Source: an uncultured Fimbriimonas sp. (GTDB taxonomy: Bacteria > Armatimonadota > Fimbriimonadia > Fimbriimonadales > Fimbriimonadaceae). Taken from it: 64,000 bases of DNA. Position numbers and translations under genes: made by a program. This document shows, piece by piece, positions 20,026-29,976 of this stretch (its first letter is position 1; each line of letters begins with the position of its first letter). The notes beneath the pieces are model-generated. The model worked only from the letters and a program-made list of their open reading frames with translations. It was not told the origin of the DNA and searched no databases. The DNA lies in assembly GCA_964471545.1 (NCBI GenBank), contig CAYYJX010000003.1, positions 336 through 64,335 on the forward strand. The letters are read 5' to 3'.

Positions 20026-22506
20026 ATGAAATCGAACCAACTACTCTCACTCAAATCGCTCGCACTGGCGGCGGTCGTCGGTGGCGTCTTAGTCGCCCCG
20101 GTAACGGCCCTCGCTCAGTTCGACTTTGGCGGAGGACAAACCTCGGATAAGCCTTGGGATGACTTCAAGTTCAACAAGAGCACGAAGATCAAGCTCGATT
20201 TTCGCAACGCCAACATCGATGCTGTTCTCTCGCTGTTCCAGAAAACGAGCGGCATCACGATCGTCAAAGATCCTAGCCTGACGGGTCCGATCACGTTGAC
20301 CAGCGCAGGCGCCATCACCCTTTCTGAAGCCTTCCAAATTCTGAAAACTACGCTCGACCTGAAGAAGTACGAGATGGTCAAAGAAGGTGGTCTGCTGGTC
20401 ATTCGGCAGAAGCAGCAGCGCGATGACCGAAGTCGCGGCGGATTCGATCCTTCGATGATGGCCGGAATGTTCGAGCAACCGAAGCCCGTTCTGAAGATCT
20501 ATCAGATCAAGTATGCGAACGCAACGCAAGTCGCGCGGACGCTTAACGAGGTCTTCGCAACTTCTGGGCAGCCGACCAACCCGTTCGCTCAATTCTTCCA
20601 ACAGGGCGGATTTGGTCAGAACAACAACAACCGCGGTGGCGGTCGATTCGGCGGCGGCAACCAGGGTCGATTCGGTGGCGGAGGTGGCGGATTCACCGGC
20701 TTTGGTGGCGGTCAATCTTCCTCCACGGTTCGCGCCAGTTCGGACGACTTCTCCAACTCGGTCATCGTCAACGCTTCAGACAGCGAGCATCGGCAAGTTG
20801 CCGACATTCTGAAGCAGATCGACAAGGAAACCGATCAGCCACAGAAGACCAAGGTCTTTAAGATCAACTACGCTTCCGCGCAAGACATCGCACCTGTCGT
20901 GCAAAACGTGTTGACGAACAACGCTCCTCGCGGTCGAGGTGGAATCACCAACTCGAGCACCAACGTGGGCGATCGATTCCAGCAAGCCCTCCGATTCGGA
21001 TCGGCGCAGGCCTCCTTCGGTACGGTTGCCGTTGAAGCGCGTTCGAACTCTCTGGTTGTCACTGCGACCGAGGAGAGCTTGAAGATTACGGAGGACGTGA
21101 TTAAGGAACTCGATCAGAACATTCCGATCGAGAACACCACGTTCGTGTTCCCGCTTCAGAACGCTCGTGCGGAAGACGTTTCCAACCTGATGAACCAGGC
21201 TTTCGGTCAACGCCAAGGTCTGCGAAACACGGGTACCGGACGACTCAACACGCCGGCTCAGAACCGAAACACGCAAACCCAGAACCGACAGCAAACTCAA
21301 AACCGAGCCCAAACGACCGAGGATCCAAACTCGTTGCTGCTTGATCTCGAGAATCCTGAGAACGGGTTCGGAGACCTTGCGACAAACGTTTTGGTTGCTC
21401 AAGGCGGAGGATTCGGCGCACTGTTCGGTGGTCAGCAAAACCGAGCCGGGCAAACCCAACAGCAGACCGCTCGGACCGCCGACGGACGATTGGTTCCGGT
21501 GCGAGACCTGACGGGTCAGATCACTGCGATCCCGGACAACAATACGAACTCCATCATCGTGGTCACCACACCGGACAACGTCGAGTTGTTGAAGAGCGTT
21601 CTTAACCAGCTAGACCGGATTCCCGAGCAAGTGATGATTGAGACAGTGATCGTCGAGGCGTCGCTTGATGAATCTTCTCGATTGGGAGTTGAGTTTGGTT
21701 GGCGCGTGGGCAAGGCTCTCGGCGAGCAGAACTCGGTCGGAAACGGTAGCACGGGCTTCGGCTTGAACGCGGCCTCCACCGCAACGGGTGCTTTGCCCGG
21801 ATTCCGATACACGCTCTCGGGTGGAAACCTTACTGGCCTGATCAACGCGATCCAGACGAATAGCAAGTTCAAGGTTCTGTCCACACCGCGAATCTTCACG
21901 TCCAACAACGTGCAGGCTCAGATCAACATCAGCCAACGGGTTCCCTACATCACCAACACCCGTCAGGACATCAACGGCGGACAGCTGTTCACCTACGCGT
22001 TTGAAGATGTTGGAATCGTTCTTACCGTCACGCCGCGAATTACGAGCAACGGAATGGTGGCGCTGGACGTGAACCAAACCGCCAACGAACTTCAGGGCTT
22101 TACCGACTTCCAAGCACCGATCATCAACCAGCGAGAAGCCGATACGATTGTTTCGGTGAAGGATGGAGAGACGATTATCTTGGGTGGAATCATCCGAAAC
22201 ACGGTTCAGACCACCACTAACAAGGTGCCTCTCTTGGGCGATATTCCCATCTTGGGCAACTTGTTTAAGAGCCGAAGCAAGACGGGCAACCAAACCGAGC
22301 TGATCGTTCTGCTGACCCCGCGCATCGTTCGAGATCCGGATGAGGCTCGAAAGCTTCGCGATGATCAGGTGAAGAAGCTTAGTAAAGAGAGCCAGGATGC
22401 CATCGGCACCATTGTTCCGCCAGAGAACAAGAAGGTTGATGACAAAAAGGCAGACGATAAGAAAGGCACGGTTCCCCCGCCCGACAAGAAGGGTGGCAGC
22501 CGCTAA
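20026..22506 (+). CDS. gspD: Secretin GspD
   Basis: LDFRNANI, repeated N3 domains (KYANAT, NYASAQ, QNARAE), QVMIETVIVE, KVLSTPRI, GETIILGGII, VPLLGDIPILGNLFK, ELIVLLTPRIV. Confidence 0.94.
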   Translation: MKSNQLLSLKSLALAAVVGGVLVAPVTALAQFDFGGGQTSDKPWDDFKFNKSTKIKLDFRNANIDAVLSLFQKTSGITIVKDPSLTGPITLTSAGAITLSEAFQILKTTLDLKKYEMVKEGGLLVIRQKQQRDDRSRGGFDPSMMAGMFEQPKPVLKIYQIKYANATQVARTLNEVFATSGQPTNPFAQFFQQGGFGQNNNNRGGGRFGGGNQGRFGGGGGGFTGFGGGQSSSTVRASSDDFSNSVIVNASDSEHRQVADILKQIDKETDQPQKTKVFKINYASAQDIAPVVQNVLTNNAPRGRGGITNSSTNVGDRFQQALRFGSAQASFGTVAVEARSNSLVVTATEESLKITEDVIKELDQNIPIENTTFVFPLQNARAEDVSNLMNQAFGQRQGLRNTGTGRLNTPAQNRNTQTQNRQQTQNRAQTTEDPNSLLLDLENPENGFGDLATNVLVAQGGGFGALFGGQQNRAGQTQQQTARTADGRLVPVRDLTGQITAIPDNNTNSIIVVTTPDNVELLKSVLNQLDRIPEQVMIETVIVEASLDESSRLGVEFGWRVGKALGEQNSVGNGSTGFGLNAASTATGALPGFRYTLSGGNLTGLINAIQTNSKFKVLSTPRIFTSNNVQAQINISQRVPYITNTRQDINGGQLFTYAFEDVGIVLTVTPRITSNGMVALDVNQTANELQGFTDFQAPIINQREADTIVSVKDGETIILGGIIRNTVQTTTNKVPLLGDIPILGNLFKSRSKTGNQTELIVLLTPRIVRDPDEARKLRDDQVKKLSKESQDAIGTIVPPENKKVDDKKADDKKGTVPPPDKKGGSR

Positions 22507-22539
22507 TCAACCGTCTTAGACTGATAACGTAAGGAATCA

Positions 22540-23211
22540 ATGATGAAACTATCTCGTGCAGTAATCAGTGTTGGGCTTGCGGTTCTTGCCGCAATGTCCA
22601 TGGCTCAAGGCTTTGGCGGTGGCGGCGGCGGTCGTCAGGGCATGGGCATGCGAATGATGGGCAACTCCAAAGCAGGTCTTCTTCTTCGAGAAGACGTGAA
22701 GGAAGAGTTGAAGATCACCTCAGAGCAGGATGCGAAGTTCCAAGCCAACCAGCAGTCGATGATGGAGAAATTCCGTCAGCAAATGCAGAACGCTCAAGGA
22801 TCCGGCATGTCTCGAGAGGAGATGATGGCCCAGGGTCAGAAGATGATGGCGGAAGGGGAGAAAATGACGATGGACGTCCTTACTCCCGAGCAAAAGGTGC
22901 GACTGAAGGAACTGCATGTGCAGTACCTGAAGGAGCGGGCCCTCACCATCGCCGAATATCAAAAGGAAATTGGCCTGACTGCCGACCAAGTCTCCAAGAT
23001 CGACGAACTCAACAAGAAGCTTGAGCAAGCAAACCGAGCGCTTTGGGGCGGTATGCGAGACAGCGGACTTTCTCCCCAGGAGATCATGGGACGAGTCGAG
23101 AACAACAACAAGGTTCTCGGAACGGAAATTCAAAAGCTTCTGACGGGCGAACAAAAGACCAAGCTGACCGCGATGGGCGGCAAGCCGTTTACGTTTAAAG
23201 AATCAAACTAA
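22540..23211 (+). CDS. Periplasmic Spy/CpxP-like (LTXXQ repeat) protein
   Basis: Signal peptide; ITSEQ, LTPEQ, LTADQ and LTGEQ repeats; Met-rich. Confidence 0.7.
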   Translation: MMKLSRAVISVGLAVLAAMSMAQGFGGGGGGRQGMGMRMMGNSKAGLLLREDVKEELKITSEQDAKFQANQQSMMEKFRQQMQNAQGSGMSREEMMAQGQKMMAEGEKMTMDVLTPEQKVRLKELHVQYLKERALTIAEYQKEIGLTADQVSKIDELNKKLEQANRALWGGMRDSGLSPQEIMGRVENNNKVLGTEIQKLLTGEQKTKLTAMGGKPFTFKESN

Positions 23212-23251
23212 CTTTTTTAATCTGCCTTTCCGAGGTTAGATTAGAAGGTTC

Positions 23252-23284
23252 AAGAGGGGCGACTGAGGTCGGCCCTCTTTTTTT
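23252..23284 (+). terminator. Rho-independent terminator ending the T2SS operon
   Basis: AAGAGGGGCGAC-TGAG-GTCGGCCCTCTT followed by a T-run. Confidence 0.75.
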
Positions 23285-23400
23285 GTTCAATTCAGACGTA
23301 TAATGAAGGAGTCTCCTTGCAAAGTACGCAGCGCGCCTTTGAATCGATGACACAGGCGTGTGCAACCTGCCTCGAACGGTTGCATCAGGTACTTGCAACA

Positions 23401-23829
<429 letters not shown>

Positions 23830-23945
23830 GCGCTCACCTCAACAATCCAATCGCCTCGTGCAGTTTGCCAAGCGCAAGTTGCACGGGGCGATTTCATTTG
23901 GGTATCATTAACTTTCGTCGGATTCTATTCGGCAAAGGTGTAGCG

Positions 23946-24218
23946 ATGGCAAAGGTCTGTCAGGTAAGTGGTAAGTCGGGAAATACGAAAGCGAAGTTCA
24001 TTCGCAACCGACACTCGCAAGGTTGGAAGTACAAGGCTCCTCACAAGAACCGAACCCAACGCGCTAACCTTCAGTCGGTCCGAGTCAACACTCCGAACGG
24101 CAAGGTCACCCTTGTGATCGCCACGTCCGTCCTCAAGAGTCCAGAGTTCGCCGCAGTCGCATGCGGTCTCAAGCCGATTCCGAAGGCGTGGTTGAAGAAG
24201 CCTTCCTACAACCTCTAA
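23946..24218 (+). CDS. rpmB: 50S ribosomal protein bL28 (divergent)
   Basis: MAKVCQVSGK...R...ANLQSVRV...VTLVIATSVLKS. Confidence 0.75.
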   Translation: MAKVCQVSGKSGNTKAKFIRNRHSQGWKYKAPHKNRTQRANLQSVRVNTPNGKVTLVIATSVLKSPEFAAVACGLKPIPKAWLKKPSYNL

Positions 24219-24237
24219 GCTTCAAGCCAGAACGAGT

Positions 24238-24270
24238 CAATGCCCTCTACTCGGAGAGTAGAGGGCATTG
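24238..24270. terminator. Perfect 14-bp-arm hairpin after rpmB
   Basis: CAATGCCCTCTACT-CGGAG-AGTAGAGGGCATTG. Confidence 0.75.
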
Positions 24271-24486
24271 CTGCTTTTGAGCGTTCGCGATTCGGATTTC
24301 AACCGAATCTTGCTCAAAGGCGTTGAAGCACCCTCTCGGCTGCGTCTCAGAGCGAGATCGTCTAAGCTGTTCCCGGCGCGAATGTCCCGATCGAGTCAAC
24401 CGAGGTGAGAAATTGCCCCCCCTGTGAGACACCGCCATCTCGCATTGGAACGACTTACATCCGCGATTGGGCGGTATTCTGCACGC

Positions 24487-26022
24487 GTGGATCAGCCCCT
24501 TCCTTTGATCGGTCAAAGCCCAGTCGATGAAGACCAACCGACCATCATTCACGATCTTGGTGAGGTTGAGGATCGACCCAAGGAAGAGTGTGGCGTTGTC
24601 GGCGTTTACTCGCCGGAAGAAGACGTGGCTGTCTCGGCATTCTTTGGTCTTTTCGCCCTTCAGCACCGCGGACAGGAGTCTGCCGGCATTGCCGTAAGCG
24701 ATGGCGAAAAGGTGCGAATGCACAAAGACATGGGGCTCGTGAACCAGGTTTTCACCCCCGAAGTTCTCGCCACACTCCCGGGTCGCATGGCGGTGGGACA
24801 CACGCGCTACTCCACCACCGGCGCTTCCCTTCTCCGTAACGCCCAACCCATCTATTGCCAAAGCCTCGTGGGCGAAATCGCCGTTGCGCACAACGGAAAC
24901 CTCATCAACACCGCCGAGCTTCGAGCCGAGATGGAGGCCGAAGGCGAGCATTTTGACTCCACCTCAGACAGCGAAATCTTGGCGCGCATCTTGGTGCGGA
25001 ACTTCGACAAGGGTCCCGAAGCCGCGGTTTCCGAAGTCATGCGTCGCTGCAAAGGCGCGTTTTCGGTCACCGTTCTCACGCCGAAGATGATCATTGGCTT
25101 CCGAGACCCCAACGGTATTCGACCGCTGATCACGGGTCGTTTGGGAGACGGATACATTGTTGCCAGCGAATCGTGTGCTTTCGGACCGCTCGGCGCAAGT
25201 GTGGAACGCGAACTCACCCCCGGCGAGATGGTCATCATCGACGACGCGGGAATCCGGTACGCCCAGGGCCATAAAAACGAAGGCGAGGCGATGTGCCTCT
25301 TCGAATTCATCTACTTTGCAAGACCCGATTCGGTGATGCAAGGCACCTCTCTGTATGGAGCGCGTGAGCGGATGGGCGCGCAACTGGCGGCCGAACATCC
25401 TTGCGAGGCGGACATCGTGGTTCCCGTGCCCGATAGTGGCATTCCCGCCGCCCTCGGATATTCGGAAGCGTCCGGCATTCCTTTCCGAGAAGGGATGATG
25501 AAGAGTCGGTACATCCACCGAACTTTTATCCAGCCCGACCAACGGATGCGCGAACTCGGCGTGCGCATGAAGCTCACCCCGCTGGTGGATCACCTCAAGG
25601 GGATGAGAGTGGTTCTCGTCGATGACTCGATCGTTCGGGGCACCACCACCAAGCAGATCGTCAAGTTGCTGTTCGATTCCGGCGCAGCGGAGGTGCATGT
25701 TCGCATCACGGCCCCCCCGATCAAATTCCCGTGCTTCTATGGCATCGACATGGCGAGCAAAGGCGAACTCGCTTCTGCAGTCATGGATGTCGACGCTCTG
25801 TGCAAACACGTGGGCGCAACCACTCTCGGGTTCCTCAGCGTCGAAGGTGCTCAGCGAGCCGTCCGCGGTTTGGACGCGGGTTTCTGCAACGCCTGTTTCA
25901 CGGGCAAATATCCTATCGCCGTGCCGGAAGGGCTCCGGAAGAATGCGTTCGAGGCGCCTCCCAAGATCGGGGAAATGGCAACCGTTTCCTCAGGACAACT
26001 TTCGCTTCTAGACTCCGAATAA
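24487..26022 (+). CDS. purF: Amidophosphoribosyltransferase
   Basis: EECGVVG propeptide junction, LQHRGQES, GHTRYST, AHNGN, VVPVPDSG, VLVDDSIVRGTT. GTG 24487 lies 6 nt after TATTCT. Confidence 0.96.
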   Translation: MDQPLPLIGQSPVDEDQPTIIHDLGEVEDRPKEECGVVGVYSPEEDVAVSAFFGLFALQHRGQESAGIAVSDGEKVRMHKDMGLVNQVFTPEVLATLPGRMAVGHTRYSTTGASLLRNAQPIYCQSLVGEIAVAHNGNLINTAELRAEMEAEGEHFDSTSDSEILARILVRNFDKGPEAAVSEVMRRCKGAFSVTVLTPKMIIGFRDPNGIRPLITGRLGDGYIVASESCAFGPLGASVERELTPGEMVIIDDAGIRYAQGHKNEGEAMCLFEFIYFARPDSVMQGTSLYGARERMGAQLAAEHPCEADIVVPVPDSGIPAALGYSEASGIPFREGMMKSRYIHRTFIQPDQRMRELGVRMKLTPLVDHLKGMRVVLVDDSIVRGTTTKQIVKLLFDSGAAEVHVRITAPPIKFPCFYGIDMASKGELASAVMDVDALCKHVGATTLGFLSVEGAQRAVRGLDAGFCNACFTGKYPIAVPEGLRKNAFEAPPKIGEMATVSSGQLSLLDSE

Positions 26023-26050
26023 CTCAGCGGCAACGTATCGCCATCAGACA

Positions 26051-27193
26051 ATGCGGAACGTCGTTCTCATTCTCGAAGGTCTCCTCGGCTCAGAGTCTGA
26101 GCCATCGGTTTTGCGCGAGCGGACGGGGTTCATTCGCCGATTGCCCGAGACGGCAGACATATTTCGGGGCGTTCTTCCAACAGACGTGGAGACACCCGAA
26201 GCCGCCTTCCTGGGGATGAGCCCCCGTGAGGTCCGGTTGGCACAAGGCCCCCTTACCGTCGCCGCCTTCGGCGCGGAGCCGCCCGAAAGGTCGACCCACT
26301 TTCATCTCTCAGTCATGTCTGTAGAGGGTGGAATCATTCACGAGCCCGATTCAGAGCGCCCTTCCGCCGATCTTCAAAAGCGACTCTCAACCACTTTCGA
26401 ATCACTGAAGTCCAAGTTGCTCACCGTGGTACCGGGCAGAGAATGGGATCACGGCTTGGTCTGGGAAAAATGGGGCGATCATCTTTTGCAGGGTCCCACT
26501 CTAGCCACGGGAAAGCCTTTGGAAACGGTGTTGCCGGAAGGGGACGCCGAACGTGATCTGCGCCGATTCATCGACGACTCCATCAACATCCTCACCGAAT
26601 GCGAGGAAAACCGTCGGAGAATCGATGACGGCCTGAGGCCGATCAATCTTTTGTGGCCCTGGGGAGCGGGTATCCGAGAGCGCGTACCCAAAATGGCGCT
26701 TCGATTCGGCTCTCCGGTTCGAGTATTTACCGACTCGCTGAGGCTGGAGGGGTTGGCAAAACTCGCCGGACTTCGCGTCGATGGAAAGCCGATAATCGGC
26801 ACCGGACTCCGCACTCAATGGTCCACGCTGAAAACCCGAATCCTTTCCGAAGACGATTCGATTGTCGTTCTTACCGGTGCGAAAGACCTCCGACGACTCG
26901 GAGACTACGACGCACTGGACTACTTTGCTCGCGAAGTGGAGGTGAACCTTCTCGAACCACTGGAAGATGCGTGGCGGGTCGAACGGTCGAAAGGAGGTTT
27001 GCCAAGCTTGGTCGTCATCGCCACCGGTCAGGAACAGTCTGATCGAGCTGAGTCAACCTACGCGCTAGTCGCCGACGTTGGGGGAACGGCCCAACAAACC
27101 GTTCCATTTGATGAACGCATTCTGGGGGAGCCAAGACTCCGACGCTCGGACGTTTCTCAAACCGTCCTCACAACGTTTAGAGGGATATCATAG
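26051..27193 (+). CDS. ApgM-like (cofactor-independent phosphoglycerate mutase fold), apparently degenerate
   Basis: MRNVVLILEG, FIDDSINIL..CEENRRRIDDGLRPINLLWPWGAG match ApgM; metal-ligand motifs not found. Confidence 0.65.
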   Translation: MRNVVLILEGLLGSESEPSVLRERTGFIRRLPETADIFRGVLPTDVETPEAAFLGMSPREVRLAQGPLTVAAFGAEPPERSTHFHLSVMSVEGGIIHEPDSERPSADLQKRLSTTFESLKSKLLTVVPGREWDHGLVWEKWGDHLLQGPTLATGKPLETVLPEGDAERDLRRFIDDSINILTECEENRRRIDDGLRPINLLWPWGAGIRERVPKMALRFGSPVRVFTDSLRLEGLAKLAGLRVDGKPIIGTGLRTQWSTLKTRILSEDDSIVVLTGAKDLRRLGDYDALDYFAREVEVNLLEPLEDAWRVERSKGGLPSLVVIATGQEQSDRAESTYALVADVGGTAQQTVPFDERILGEPRLRRSDVSQTVLTTFRGIS

Positions 27194-27249
27194 GTCCGTA
27201 CCGTCGGACCGACTGACTATTCGGTCCGCTCACATCAGGGATTGAAGGG

Positions 27250-29937
27250 ATGAAGCAGAAAGGGATTTCAACACTCGGTTCGGTTCTCTTTGCCACCGGT
27301 CTTGCTTGCGCTGCCGCCCTCTCATCGGCGCAGTTGCGCCCCGATGAACGCGCCGGATGGGAGCGGACTCTTCGAGTAGCCGTTCTTACCGATGTCACCG
27401 CAAACGTCCCAAAGCGCACCGGGTTCTTCGCCAACTCTCTTCCGCTCGCCGACAAACTTTTGGATCGACCGACCGACTCGCTGGAAAATCTGATCGGTCT
27501 GCATCGAACGGCTGAATCCGGGCTCGTAGAGATTTTGAAAGCAGCCCTCGATGCGGGTTACGGGGAGAACGTCACCGAACCAGAGCGAATCGTCGCCCCA
27601 GATTTGGCTTTGCCCAAAGATGTCCCTGCCGACGCGTCACGATCCATCTCTCGACTGGTTCAGGCGATCGTAACCACCAATACGCAGATCAAGCAAGCGC
27701 TCGCGAAACTCTCACCGGAAGAGCGACGAGAACTGATCGAATCGCTTCCCATGCTTGGTTTGGGCAAAGCAAACTTCAAAGTGGAGTTCGTCACACGAGT
27801 GCCTTCCACGCCGTCTCGGGTGTTCTCGCTCCTTTCCAAGGTCGATCTCTCCAAAATTCGATCTGCGGCTGTTTCGCTAGCGGGCAAGGTAGAAGTCGAA
27901 CTACCCATTCTGCGAAAGGTCGCCCGAAGTGGGGCGAAGATCAAGTCGACTACGCTGCTTGCTGGGGGAATCAAGGTCGCCATCGGCGGCACGGGCGATG
28001 ATGTTCACGCCCAGCGCGACGTGCACCTTTGCGTCGATTTCGGAGGAGCCAACAGATACACCGGTCGATACGGAGCCGGTATCGGATACACGGGTCTTCT
28101 CTTAGACTTCGGAAACGGAACACGCGCCGATGCGGGCGATGCGACTCTCGGAGCCGGAATCCTTGGGGTCGGTATTGCGAGGTTCGATGGCGCCCAAAAC
28201 GTCCTGCGAGCGGGTTCGGTTTCGCTTGGCTGCGGCTTGGCGGGTGTGGGAATCCTAAAGTTCGAACGGGCAACCTCGATCGAGGGCAGGGCGCTCACGC
28301 TCGGAACCGGTTTGGCTGGGGTGGGGCTCGTGGTCGCGGGTAAAGAGAGCGACCGCCTCCGCTGTGCCTACCGTGGGCTTGGAGTTGGACTGCCCCTGGG
28401 CATCGGTTGGGTGGTGAATCCGGGCGGAGACGACTCCTACTTCGGAACGTCCTCCCAATCTCTCAAAGGCGCCTCCGGAAAGGTTCGGAGCGACGCCATC
28501 GGGTTCGCTTCGGGAATTAGCCGGGTCGGATCACCATTTGCAGGCGGCATCGGACTGTTGACCGACCTCGCCGGAGACGACAAATACGAATCCGGTGACC
28601 GATCCATTTCTTATGCCGAGTTCGGCGGCGCAACCTCCATCTTTGACGAGAGCGGTGACGACAACTACCAGGCAGGCGAAAGCGCAATCGTCACCGCCAA
28701 CGAGGAAGCGTCGGCGTATCTTCACGACCTCGGGGGATCCGACCTGTACCTCGCTCCAAGCGGCAACTCCATCGTGAGCGCCGGAGAGTCCAGCAATGCG
28801 ATTCTGTTTGATCGCGCCGGCGACGACCGCTACATCGGCTCTCCGAGCGTGGTGAAAACCGTCTCCCCCACTGCCACCGAGATCCTTTTCGACTCGAAGG
28901 GTTCCAACCTGCTCACCTTCCCTTTTCCGGAAACCTCGTTCGGTGTACTGCCCGGACTCTCCCTTTGGCACCTGCCCGGTGGACCTAACCTCTTCGGCTC
29001 CGGAATCTCGGAAGCCCTAGAAGTAAGGACTTCCGATGGATCGATCACCGCGATCACCGGCGATGGCTCTTCGGACGCAGGGGCTGCAGAAACCGCCCCC
29101 CTCGCGGGATCGACGGAAGAACTTTGGGAGACGGCTCTCGACCCATTCTCCTCACAAGCCGCAAGAGCGACACGGGGCCTGATTGCCGTTGGAAAGGGCA
29201 CCCTGAACTACTGGAACGCCGATCGGCTCTCTCGCCTCACCCTAGAGGATGCTTCTGTTGTGGCGCTGGTTGCCCGGCAGACGCAGGGCTCTCTACCCGC
29301 TCTTGCAGAAGCCGCCCCGTCGGAAGCCAAGCGGGCATGGGTTTACGCCATGGGAACCGCCCAACAGGAATCCGAAGCGGTGTCTAAGGCTCTCAGCGAC
29401 CTTCAGGCGAATGATCTAGACATTCCTCTGGTGTTGCGAGCCGTGGTCGCACTTGGCAAGCCTCGCAGTAGCGAGAGCATCGCTCCCCTCGCGATTCAGC
29501 CTAATCCGGCGATCAGTCGGTGGGCGGCTCGCGGGCTTTTTGCGGGTCTCCAAAGACAGACCGATTCCGGAACCCTTGCCACCTTCGAGGCGCTCCTTAA
29601 GTCGCCCGACTTGCTGACTCGAAGAATCGCTTGCCGCTATTTCAGCGTGGCGCCAACCAAAGGAATCGAGATCGGTAAGCGGATGATCTCCAGCAATTCG
29701 GTCCAAGAGTCCACCACCGGCATCGAACTCCTCAGTGCGATCGGCAACCCAGAAGCACTCCGATTTGCCGCGACGGGTCTGAACCTCACCGACCCATCGG
29801 CAAAGATCACCGCCTTACACGCCATTCGCGGTCGGGTTCCGGAAGCGTATCGGTCCCGCGTCCTAGAACTTGCTCGTGATCAGGACCCGGTGATCTCTTC
29901 GGTGGCAAAGTCGCTCACTTGGAATGGAAAAGAGTAA
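27250..29937 (+). CDS. Large exported protein with DxxGxDxY repeats and C-terminal HEAT-like repeats
   Basis: Signal peptide; repeats such as DLAGDDKY, DESGDDNY, DLGGSDLY, DRAGDDRY; helical repeats (DPSAKITALHAI, DPVISSVA). Confidence 0.65.
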   Translation: MKQKGISTLGSVLFATGLACAAALSSAQLRPDERAGWERTLRVAVLTDVTANVPKRTGFFANSLPLADKLLDRPTDSLENLIGLHRTAESGLVEILKAALDAGYGENVTEPERIVAPDLALPKDVPADASRSISRLVQAIVTTNTQIKQALAKLSPEERRELIESLPMLGLGKANFKVEFVTRVPSTPSRVFSLLSKVDLSKIRSAAVSLAGKVEVELPILRKVARSGAKIKSTTLLAGGIKVAIGGTGDDVHAQRDVHLCVDFGGANRYTGRYGAGIGYTGLLLDFGNGTRADAGDATLGAGILGVGIARFDGAQNVLRAGSVSLGCGLAGVGILKFERATSIEGRALTLGTGLAGVGLVVAGKESDRLRCAYRGLGVGLPLGIGWVVNPGGDDSYFGTSSQSLKGASGKVRSDAIGFASGISRVGSPFAGGIGLLTDLAGDDKYESGDRSISYAEFGGATSIFDESGDDNYQAGESAIVTANEEASAYLHDLGGSDLYLAPSGNSIVSAGESSNAILFDRAGDDRYIGSPSVVKTVSPTATEILFDSKGSNLLTFPFPETSFGVLPGLSLWHLPGGPNLFGSGISEALEVRTSDGSITAITGDGSSDAGAAETAPLAGSTEELWETALDPFSSQAARATRGLIAVGKGTLNYWNADRLSRLTLEDASVVALVARQTQGSLPALAEAAPSEAKRAWVYAMGTAQQESEAVSKALSDLQANDLDIPLVLRAVVALGKPRSSESIAPLAIQPNPAISRWAARGLFAGLQRQTDSGTLATFEALLKSPDLLTRRIACRYFSVAPTKGIEIGKRMISSNSVQESTTGIELLSAIGNPEALRFAATGLNLTDPSAKITALHAIRGRVPEAYRSRVLELARDQDPVISSVAKSLTWNGKE

Positions 29938-29976
29938 CTAGGGCAGGGGTTTCTAGCGGTATTCTCTTTTTTTGAA

